Of a stretch of 64,000 bases of DNA, positions 54,848-64,000 are shown in pieces. The stretch is from Octopus vulgaris. Its lineage: Eukaryota. The notes below the pieces were generated by a model. The model did no database searches, was not told the DNA's origin, and worked only from the letters and a program-made list of their open reading frames with translations. Numbering within the stretch: position 1 is the first letter of the stretch; each line of letters starts with the position of its first letter. Made by a program: the position numbers and the translations under genes. Location of the stretch: assembly GCA_951406725.2 (NCBI GenBank), contig OX597817.1, forward strand, positions 42,904,001-42,968,000, given 5' to 3'.

Positions 54848-55819
54848 ACGGTCTTCTTTCAGTTTCCGTCTACCAAATCCACTCACAAGGCTTTGGTTGG
54901 CCCAGGGCTATAGTAGAAGACACTTGCCCAAGGTACCATGCAGTGGGACTGAACCTGGAACCATGTTGTTGGTAAGCAAGCTACTTACCACACAGCCACT
55001 CCTACGCAATTGTTAAATATAGATGATGCTGATGATGATGATGATGATGATGACAACGAAGACGACAATGACAATGATGATTATGAACTCACAATTTGAT
55101 CAAATAAAAATTATTATACTCACATTTCTTTTCTGAAGCTATCTTCGTTCATAAAGACTGATATACATGCCTCGTATCCTTATAAATATTTTTTGCATGG
55201 AAAAATCCTCAATTCCCCATCTTCACTAATGGTAATCTCTTGTAATAATGAAGAGCTTTGCAGATTGAGAAACAGAACAGCTTTCTTATTCTGCTATAGT
55301 AAACCATAGCTTAAACACTTAAAATGTCTCTTTTCTTTTCATATCATGACTCATAATATATTTTTTTATGGTACATACCTCAATGTGTTCAATAAAAATA
55401 GATTGAATATCTAGATAACATTAATTTCTAATTTTGTATTGTCTGGCATTGTTCTGCTAATCTTGATGTACATAATGGAATATTAACAATTCAGATAGAT
55501 TTCTGAAACTGTCACTTATTACCAGAGCAACTTGACTGATCAAGCTTAAACTTCAGTGACCTACCAAGATTACAGTTTCCTTTTGACATTTTGCTGAAGT
55601 CTTATTCAGAGTTATTAGGTCACTAACATTTCCCTTCACACACACACACACACACACACACACATGCACACATACACACACACATGCATACACCCAAATA
55701 CATTCATACACATGCACACACACACTCATACACATATTTATATACAAGTATATATATATATATATATATATTTGTAAAAAATGAAGTTCGAAAATGCTGC
55801 TGTATTATACAATTTTTAA

Positions 55820-55890
55820 TTTTTATATATACATTATAACATGTTTCAGTTCCTGAAATGAACCTTATCAAAAAAAGTTATATATAAAAA
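55820..55890 (-). ncRNA. Candidate minimal hammerhead ribozyme (U3-A8 variant) at PLE 3' end
   Basis: Minus strand TTGATAA-GGTTC-atttcag-GAACT-GAAACATGTTA, bracketed by complementary ttttatatata/tatatataaaa. Confidence 0.5.
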
Positions 55891-56224
55891 GAGACAGCTC
55901 ATGCCGTCAAACACAAGAAATTCATTTATAATACACAACGGAGTCAGACATCTTAGAGTTCATGTATAGTTGATATATAGTTCATGTACAGTTGATATAT
56001 AGTTTGAAGTATATGTTCAAAGTGTTCGATGCAGTGGCCCACGGTGGCGATACGTATTCAATACAAAAAACAGATCAAAGTGGTGGAAAGCGGTCAATAC
56101 AGAAGATTGATGTTTCCGAAAGAGCGAGGAATTCATTTTTACCTTAAGCAATTGTGATGACCCATGGTGGAAGTTCGCTGGGTGGTTCTAGTGGGTTTTT
56201 GTGAAATGCTCGGTTTTATAATGC

Positions 56225-56590
56225 CTGTTAGGTGGTCAATCTAGCGTAGCGTGACGTCATCAATGTTTTGACCAATTGTTTCGTTAGGTGGCTTTAATCA
56301 AGTGGAACGGGACGTCATCATTATTTTGACCAATCGCTGCATTATAACTCCCTCTTGTTTGTTTCCTGTCTTGACCAGTCGCTTCGTTAGTCAAGCATAG
56401 CAGGACGTCATCCAGATTCTGCCCAATCACGACTTATAGCTACATTAGATCTGCCCCCTGTCTGTACTTGTTAGGTGACTATTCAAGCAGAAAAGGACGT
56501 CATCAATATTCTGACTAATGACTGTCCCCTGTTTGTATCCTGTCCATTCTAGCAGAGCTAGACGTCATCAACTTGTTGACCAATCAGAAT
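56225..56590. promoter_or_regulatory. Five-copy CRE/ATF-like + CCAAT array in PLE 3' region
   Basis: GACGTCAT at 56253, 56311, 56404, 56496, 56561, each followed 19 nt later (start to start) by CCAAT (CTAAT in copy 4). Confidence 0.6.
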
Positions 56591-56752
56591 CGGGTCTGAC
56601 CCTTAGCTGTATCGTATGTATCAGGGTCAGATTTGCACGAAAGAATTTTTTTCCTTTTTTACTAAGGCATATTTCTGTCAGAGTGAGTGTCTGTTTGAAG
56701 TAGCGGCCGTGGTGAAATTTGGTTCTCCTTTTCGGAGGACTTATCTTTTGTT

Positions 56753-58510
56753 TTAGTATTCCTGGCCCAGGGTGTTTAAACTTGGTCTAAATTTTTTTAT
56801 GAAATATAGTTCTTTATTTTGGCGTTGTGTGAAGGTTGCGTTGTCACTGAATTTATAGAGCGGGTTAGTTGTAAATTTCGGATTTACATTTCCAGCACAT
56901 CTATCTATGTGTCCGCTGACCGGTATTTTGCGGTAATCAGGGTTTCTAATTTGTGATTTATGCACCGCCATCCTGTTACGTAAGCTATTTTTTGTATGGC
57001 CTATATACTGCCTATTGCAGCCTGCGCATGTTATGACGTAAATTAAGTTTTCTGATGCGCAGGTGAAGTTTGTTCTAATGGTGAACTGGTGGCCTTGTTC
57101 CAGTATAAATTCTGATCCTTCTTTCAAGATGACACAGATTCCGCAGTTGGGCCTTCCACATTTTCTAACTGCTGGTTTTGTGGTTGATGTTGAGTGCAGT
57201 GTGGCTTGGGTTAAAATCCTTTTCAAGGATTTTGGTTGCCGTTTACTTTTAATGATGGTGTGTGTTTCGAGGATCCGGTTCATCTTTGGGTCTCCCTTTA
57301 GTAGGGCTGTGCTTTGTAGTATGGTGTTGAAGGCCTCATTGTTGAGTGGGTTGTGTGTAGAGATGTAGGGAAGGGTTTTTAATTGTTCTTTCTTTTTTGG
57401 TTTTGTTTGTCTCAGGTCTTCTATACTTAATTTAAGTACCCGTTGGATTGCACTGTCTATTAGGGGCTGTGGATAGTTTCTATTTGTGAGTGTGGTTCTA
57501 AGTTCCTGGAGACGTGTGTGTCGGGTGTTTGTGTCTGATATTATGGTGCAAATCCTTCTAGCTAAACAAAAAGGGACATTCATTCTAGTGTGTCGTGGGT
57601 GGCATGAATCAAAGGGTAGGTACTGTTTAGAGTCTGTCGGTTTATAGTAGATATCTGTCTCTATTTTGTTGCCGGTTTTCTTAATGAGGATGTCTAAAAA
57701 TGGTAATTCTTTTTCGTTGTGGTCCATCGTGAATTGTATATTGTCATTTATTCCATTTAATAGAATTTTAAATTCCTCAAGTTTCTCTATGCCTTTGTCC
57801 CAGATGATGAAACAGTCATCGAGGTATCTTTTCCAGTTGTTATGGATATAGGTGGCGAAGGTGTTTCCATATTTCTCGAGTGTCATCCGGTATAGTATTT
57901 TCTCGAGGTATCCCATCACTAGGTTGGCAAAAGATGGTGCAGTATGCGTGCCCATCGCTGTTCCCGATCTTTGCCTGTAGAAATCATTGTCAAAAATAAA
58001 ATAATTGTTCTCTAAAATGAATCTAAGTCCTTCTATTATAAGGTCTTTGTTTATGCGAGTTGGGAGTTCAAAGGGGTAGTTATTCAGCCAGAAGGTGATT
58101 GCTTCTATTCCTAGGTTGTGAGGGATGTTAGAATAAAGATTAACTACGTCGAATGATACTAGAAGGGTTTTCTCATTGACTGTTTTAGGGAGGTGGTTGA
58201 GCATATCTATATCGTCTCTTACGTAGCTTTTGATGTGTTTTAGGAAAGGTTTAAGAAGTGTGTCTAAGAAATTGCTGAGGCGGTGAGTTTCACATGCTGG
58301 CCCTGCTATTATCGGTCTTAGTTTAAGATCATTTGGTGAAGGGATTTTGATGAGTGTGTCGGTGGATGTTTTGCACGTTTCTCTAATGGTTTGGCTTTTG
58401 TGTACCTTAGGGATACCATAGAACAAACTCGATTTGCATTTGAAGTTAGTGATGTATTCATACTCCTTGTTCGTGAGTCCTTCTTGGTATGTGTTGATTA
58501 ATGTCCTATA
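56753..58510 (-). CDS. PLE reverse transcriptase-GIY-YIG endonuclease (about 585 uninterrupted codons; true N-terminus missing)
   Basis: FYGIPKVHK, LRPII, SFDVVNLYSNIP, QRSGTAMG..APSFANL, RYLDDCF, LPFLD, YYKPT; linker CGRPNCGIC; endonuclease LIYVITCAGCNRQYIGHT..LRNRMAVH..H. Confidence 0.93.
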   Translation of the reverse strand, partial: YRTLINTYQEGLTNKEYEYITNFKCKSSLFYGIPKVHKSQTIRETCKTSTDTLIKIPSPNDLKLRPIIAGPACETHRLSNFLDTLLKPFLKHIKSYVRDDIDMLNHLPKTVNEKTLLVSFDVVNLYSNIPHNLGIEAITFWLNNYPFELPTRINKDLIIEGLRFILENNYFIFDNDFYRQRSGTAMGTHTAPSFANLVMGYLEKILYRMTLEKYGNTFATYIHNNWKRYLDDCFIIWDKGIEKLEEFKILLNGINDNIQFTMDHNEKELPFLDILIKKTGNKIETDIYYKPTDSKQYLPFDSCHPRHTRMNVPFCLARRICTIISDTNTRHTRLQELRTTLTNRNYPQPLIDSAIQRVLKLSIEDLRQTKPKKKEQLKTLPYISTHNPLNNEAFNTILQSTALLKGDPKMNRILETHTIIKSKRQPKSLKRILTQATLHSTSTTKPAVRKCGRPNCGICVILKEGSEFILEQGHQFTIRTNFTCASENLIYVITCAGCNRQYIGHTKNSLRNRMAVHKSQIRNPDYRKIPVSGHIDRCAGNVNPKFTTNPLYKFSDNATFTQRQNKELYFIKKFRPSLNTLGQEY

Positions 58511-58726
58511 AGTAGCTATATATACACATGTCCTATAAGTAGCTATATATACACATATATATACAAGTAGATTATATACATATATATATATATATACACA
58601 AGTAGATATATATACACATATATATACAAGTAGATATATATATATATACACACACACACATATATATATACATCCATTGTTCTTGTCAAGTGTATAAATT
58701 CAAATATATGTAATTTTATCTTTTAG

Positions 58727-58813
58727 GAATCTTAAATGGAATGAATTGTTTCGGCCCAGTTGTTGTATTCTGTCTTGGTGGATATTTCAGTAAGCAATAT
58801 GTTACTCTGGAAA
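58727..58813 (+). CDS. SLCO/OATP exon (TM5); gene continues beyond the window
   Basis: ttttag|GA ATC...GAA A|gtaagt; GILNGMNCFGPVVVFCLGGYFSKQYVTLE (OATP 'GP..G..LGG....YV'); phase 1/1; not in the ORF track. Confidence 0.85.
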
Positions 58814-58829
58814 GTAAGTAGCACCTTTG

Positions 58830-59177
58830 CCACCATTGTCACCATCAACTCACTGTTCCTGCTACCACCACAGCTGGCCACAACTACCACCTCAACCATA
58901 ACTGCCACAGCAGCCATCATCAGCACCACCACTATCACTTTTACTGCCATTGCCACCATCACCATCACCACCAAAACCAACACCACAATTACCTCTACCA
59001 CCACCACCACCACCACCACCACCAAAACCAACACCACAATTACCTCTACCACCACCACAACCATCACCACCCCCACCACCACCACCTCTACCATCACCAC
59101 AATTACCTCTACCACCACCACAACCACCACAACCACCACCACCATTACTGCTACTGCCATCACCACTGCAACTACCA
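58830..59177. repeat. (ACC)-rich low-complexity tract with internal duplication
   Basis: accaaaaccaacaccacaattacctctaccaccacc occurs twice; intronic. Confidence 0.85.
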
Positions 59178-59716
59178 ATTGGCTTAGAATTAATTTTCTG
59201 AACTACTGAAAATAATTTTTTTCCTTTTATCTTGACAGATAAAATGCAGTGTTTATAGAAGGATTAACAAAGAGAGATTAACTTTAGGTGAATGACTTTG
59301 TCACTAAGTTACATATTTAAAACTTTATCAGATAGTGACATAACAAGTGTGTGAGGTACAGCTTTCCTGTTTATGTATTTTTGTTCAAACTCAGGCAGTT
59401 CTTATTCTGTCAACAATAGCATTATTGATTATAGGTTTCCAATAGATCGATCATAATTTTGCTGCTTTTCCAATGGTAAGTGTGAGAAGGAGATATCTGT
59501 GTAAGATTCGTGGAATAAATAACACAAGATATTTTACTTTGAGGTCTCCAGTTTATCTGTAAAGTGGATGGCATCAGGAAAGGTATAGAAACTACACCAG
59601 TGTCATTACTGGAGATTAGCACTGTCCAATGGCTCATTGGTTCCAATCAAACCATCCAAGCCATACCATTATGGTAAACAGACATTAAACAGCAATGAGG
59701 ATAATGATGATATATA

Positions 59717-59940
59717 TCATCATCATCATCATCATCGTTTAACGTCCGCTTTCCGCGCTAGCACGGGTTGGACGGTTTGACCGGGTCTGGGAAGCCAGGG
59801 GCCGCTCCAGGCTCCAGTCTGAATCTGGCAGAGTTTCTACGGCTGGATGCCCTTCCTAACGCCAACCACTCCGTGAGTGGATTGGGTGCTTTTACGTGCC
59901 ACCTGCACAGGGGCCGGAGGGTCCGGCATCGTCACGATCG
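59717..59940 (-). mobile_element. CpG-intact family-C/RTE-type 3' tail
   Basis: (cat)n cgtttaacgtccgctttccgcgctagcacgggttggacgg..; retains CpGs that read TG/CA in other copies. Confidence 0.85.
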
Positions 59941-60238
59941 ATTCGAGCATTTTAACGTGTCGGAAGGTTGGGGTAAGGAGGAACGATGGCAGGAAGGGTT
60001 GGTGTAGGTTCCTAAGAAATAAAAACGTAGGATATCACGAGGCGGGAGGGTACTAAAAGGGGATGGTCGGATTGAGGCAGTGTCAGGAGGAAGCGTAAGA
60101 TCGGTGGGCAGTTGATGAGCTATGGCGCTAGCAGCTTGTCTTTTCACAGTGAAAGCATATGAGGAGAAGGGGTAGTGGGGGGAGGAGGAGGGAGTAGGGC
60201 GTACCCGGTGTAGATGAGTAGGGCGTATCCGGTGTAGA

Positions 60239-60378
60239 TGGTGAGAACAGGGTATACTGGTATTGGTGGTGGGGGTGAGAACAGTGTCCACCGGTATTGG
60301 TGGTGGCGGTGAGAACAGTGTTCATCGGTATTGGTGGTGGGGGTGAGAACAGTGTTCATCGGTATTGGTGGTGGGGTT
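60239..60378. repeat. 33-bp minisatellite, about 4 copies, preceded by a 24-bp duplication (60192-60239)
   Basis: ggtgagaacagtgttcatcggtattggtggtgg repeated; gagtagggcgta(c/t)ccggtgtagat twice. Confidence 0.9.
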
Positions 60379-60392
60379 GGGGGGCGGGCGCA

Positions 60393-63300
60393 CCGCCAAT
60401 GGCGGAAAGAAGGGAAAAGATGGGATTACGGCTTGAGGTAGCCTAAGGTTAAATTTTGTAGAGAGAGAGATAGGAAAGATAAATCAAGTTATGGCGAAGG
60501 CTTGAAAGTAGCCTAAAAGGTTAAATTTTCGTAAATTTTCGATGGGTAAGACGAATCAAGTTATCAATGTATGAATAAACGTAGTAACAACGAATAAAAA
60601 TAGTAAGATAAATTTTTAAGAACTTGCTGCGGGCATCGACCGGGAGTTGAAGAAGAAAGTAAGTTGAATTGGGAGTTTAAATTGCAGAATCGTAATGGTA
60701 ATGGCAATTTTCAAGTTTTAGCATAAGAAGAAGAGGAGGAGGAAAGAAAGACCGCCAATGGCGGAAAGAAGGGAAAAGATGGGATTACGGCTTGAGGTAG
60801 CCTAAGGTTAAATTTTGTAGAGAGAGAGAGATAGGAAAGATAAATCAAGTTATGGCGAAGGCTTGAAAGTAGCCTAAAAGGTTAAATTTTCGTAAATTTT
60901 CGATGGGTAAGACGAATCAAGTTATCAATGTATGAATAAACGTAGTAACAACGAATAAAAATAGTAAGATAAATTTTTAAGAACTTGCTGCGGGCATCGA
61001 CCGGGAGTTGAAGAAGAAAGTAAGTTGAATTGGGAGTTTAAATTGCAGAATCGTAATGGTAATGGCGATTTTCAAGTTTTAGCATAAGAAGAAGAAGAGG
61101 AGGAAAGAAAGACCGCCAATGGCGGAAAGAAGGGAAGAGATGGGATTACGGCTTGAGGTAGCCTAAGGTTAAATTTTGTAGAGAGAGAGATAGGAAAGAT
61201 AAATCAAGTTATGGCGAAGGCTTGAAAGTAGCCTAAAAGGTTAAATTTTCGTAAATTTTCGATGGGTAAGACGAATCAAGTTATCAATGTATGAATAAAC
61301 GTAGTAACAACGAATAAAAATAGTAAGATAAATTTTTAAGAACTTGCTGCGGGCATCGACCGGGAGTTGAAGAAGAAAGTAAGTTGAATTGGGAGTTTAA
61401 ATTGCAGAATCGTAATGGTAATGGCGATTTTCAAGTTTTAGCATAAGAAGAAGAAGAGGAGGAAAGAAAGACCGCCAATGGCGGAAAGAAGGGAAGAGAT
61501 GGGATTACGGCTTGAGGTAGCCTAAGGTTAAATTTTGTAGAGAGAGAGATAGGAAAGATAAATCAAGTTATGGCGAAGGCTTGAAAGTAGCCTAAAAGGT
61601 TAAATTTTCGTAAATTTTCGATGGGTAAGACGAATCAAGTTATCAATGTATGAATAAACGTAGTAACAACGAATAAAAATAGTAAGATAAATTTTTAAGA
61701 ACTTGCTGCGGGCATCGACCGGGAGTTGAAGAAGAAAGTAAGTTGAATTGGGAGTTTAAATTGCAGAATCGTAATGGTAATGGCGATTTTCAAGTTTTAG
61801 CATAAGAAGAAGAAGAGGAGGAAAGAAAGACCGCCAATGGCGGAAAGAAGGGAAGAGATGGGATTACGGCTTGAGGTAGCCTAAGGTTAAATTTTGTAGA
61901 GAGAGAGATAGGAAAGATAAATCAAGTTATGGCGAAGGCTTGAAAGTAGCCTAAAAGGTTAAATTTTCGTAAATTTTCGATGGGTAAGACGAATCAAGTT
62001 ATCAATGTATGAATAAACGTAGTAACAACGAATAAAAATAGTAAGATAAATTTTTAAGAACTTGCTGCGGGCATCGACCGGGAGTTGAAGAAGAAAGTAA
62101 GTTGAATTGGGAGTTTAAATTGCAGAATCGTAATGGTAATGGCGATTTTCAAGTTTTAGCATAAGAAGAAGAAGAGGAGGAAAGAAAGACCGCCAATGGC
62201 GGAAAGAAGGGAAGAGATGGGATTACGGCTTGAGGTAGCCTAAGGTTAAATTTTGTAGAGAGAGAGATAGGAAAGATAAATCAAGTTATGGCGAAGGCTT
62301 GAAAGTAGCCTAAAAGGTTAAATTTTCGTAAATTTTCGATGGGTAAGACGAATCAAGTTATCAATGTATGAATAAACGTAGTAACAACGAATAAAAATAG
62401 TAAGATAAATTTTTAAGAACTTGCTGCGGGCATCGACCGGGAGTTGAAGAAGAAAGTAAGTTGAATTGGGAGTTTAAATTGCAGAATCGTAATGGTAATG
62501 GCGATTTTCAAGTTTTAGCATAAGAAGAAGAAGAGGAGGAAAGAAAGACCGCCAATGGCGGAAAGAAGGAAGAGATGGGATTACGGCTTGAGGTAGCCTA
62601 AGGTTAAATTTTGTAGAGAGAGAGATAGGAAAGATAAATCAAGTTATGGCGAAGGCTTGAAAGTAGCCTAAAAGGTTAAATTTTCGTAAATTTTCGATGG
62701 GTAAGACGAATCAAGTTATCAATGTATGAATAAACGTAGTAACAACGAATAAAAATAGTAAGATAAATTTTTAAGAACTTGCTGCGGGCATCGACTTGGA
62801 GTTGAAGAAGAAAGTAAGTTGAATTGGGAGTTTAAATTGCAGAATCGTAATGGTAATGGCGATTTTCAAGTTTTAGCATAAGAAGAAGAAGAGGAGGAAA
62901 GAAAGACCGCCAATGGCGGAAAGAAGGGAAGAGATGGGATTACGGCTTGAGGTAGCCTAAGGTTAAATTTTGTAGAGAGAGAGATAGGAAAGATAAATCA
63001 AGTTATGGCGAAGGCTTGAAAGTAGCCTAAAAGGTTAAATTTTCGTAAATTTTCGATGGGTAAGACGAATCAAGTTATCAATGTATGAATAAACGTAGTA
63101 ACAACGAATAAAAATAGTAAGATAAATTTTTAAGAACTTGCTGCGGGCATCGACCGGGAGTTGAAGAAGAAAGTAAGTTGAATTGGGAGTTTAAATTGCA
63201 GAATCGTAATGGTAATGGCGATTTTCAAGTTTTAGCATAAGAAGAAGAAGAGGAGGAAAGAAAGACCGCCAATGGCGGAAAGAAGGGAAGAGATGGGATT

Positions 63301-64000
63301 ACGGCTTGAGGTAGCCTAAGGTTAAATTTTGTAGAGAGAGAGATAGGAAAGATAAATCAAGTTATGGCGAAGGCTTGAAAGTAGCCTAAAAGGTTAAATT
63401 TTCGTAAATTTTCGATGGGTAAGACGAATCAAGTTATCAATGTATGAATAAACGTAGTAACAACGAATAAAAATAGTAAGATAAATTTTTAAGAACTTGC
63501 TGCGGGCATCGACCGGGAGTTGAAGAAGAAAGTAAGTTGAATTGGGAGTTTAAATTGCAGAATCGTAATGGTAATGGCGATTTTCAAGTTTTAGCATAAG
63601 AAGAAGAAGAGGAGGAAAGAAAGACCGCCAATGGCGGAAAGAAGGAAAAGATGGGATTACGGCGTGAGGTAGCCTAAGGTTAAATTTTGTAGAGAGAGAG
63701 ATAGGAAAGATAAATCAAGTTATGGCGAAGGCTTGAAAGTAGCCTAAAAGGTTAAATTTTCGTAAATTTTCGATGGGTAAGACGAATCAAGTTATCAATG
63801 TATGAATAAACGTAGTAACAACGAATAAAAATAGTAAGATAAATTTTTAAGAACTTGCTGCGGGCATCGACCGGGAGTTGAAGAAGAAAGTAAGTTGAAT
63901 TGGGAGTTTAAATTGCAGAATCGTAATGGTAATGGCGATTTTCAAGTTTTAGCATAAGAAGAAGAAGAGGAGGAAAGAAAGACCGCCAATGGCGGAAAGA
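60393..64000. repeat. 359-bp tandem array, 10 full units plus start of an 11th
   Basis: Unit starts (ccgccaatggcgg) at 60393, 60752, 61113, 61472, 61831, 62190, 62549, 62907, 63266, 63625, 63983; only a few differences between units. Confidence 0.98.

Larger units (their letters stand above)
55771..58510 (-). mobile_element. Penelope-like retroelement, 5'-truncated, in SLCO intron
   Basis: RT+GIY-YIG ORF plus about 1 kb downstream non-coding region, flanked on both sides by (TA)n tracts. Confidence 0.9.

Noticed and set aside
56753-58510. Selenocysteine recoding as reported for some Naiad PLEs
   Set aside because: No in-frame TGA in the retained ORF; it ends in TAA
58511-58657. N-terminal MCVYIYIY.. 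part of the 634-aa ORF
   Set aside because: Translation of TA/CA microsatellite beyond the 5' truncation point, not a real start
58732-59209. Mucin-like Thr-rich, poly-Pro and poly-Val ORFs
   Set aside because: Products of an (ACC)n tract; the real exon is 58727-58813 in another frame
59932-60359. Minus-strand ORFs next to the array
   Set aside because: Low-complexity Pro/Thr/His frames generated by the 33-bp and 24-bp repeats; no recognisable domain
60625-60650. tRNA B-box or twister-like motif ccggtcgatgcccg (minus strand) in the array unit
   Set aside because: Deviates from GTTCRANNC, no A box, and the other twister elements are absent
60393-64000. CRISPR array, 5S/snRNA/histone cluster, or Drosophila 359-bp satellite
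   Set aside because: No variable spacers, no recognisable RNA-gene or coding sequence; the length match to the fly satellite is treated as coincidence

Overview
AT-rich, microsatellite- and SINE-dense animal genomic DNA whose repeat families look like octopus/coleoid cephalopod (inferred from repeat style, not from a search). Three host genes are supported. (1) The last five coding exons of a Son-of-sevenless Ras-GEF (+, 59-7516), probably with a long 3' UTR. (2) A single-coding-exon SLC25A51/MCART1-like mitochondrial carrier (-, 25839-26714). (3) The first four coding exons of an SLCO/OATP transporter (+, 46487-58813), which is incomplete in this window. SLCO introns carry the two most unusual objects. 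One is a 5'-truncated but uninterrupted Penelope-like retroelement (RT + GIY-YIG, -). Its 3' non-coding region has a five-copy fixed-spacing CRE+CCAAT array and a candidate minimal hammerhead ribozyme. The other is a composite element made of a retroposon-type 3' tail, unique sequence, a 33-bp VNTR and a very homogeneous 359-bp tandem array (10 full units, running off the window end). The remainder is tRNA-derived SINEs, CR1/RTE LINE fragments, a Helitron, MITEs, a Tc1/mariner fragment and microsatellites. Exon coordinates were read from splice sites; repeat boundaries are approximate.
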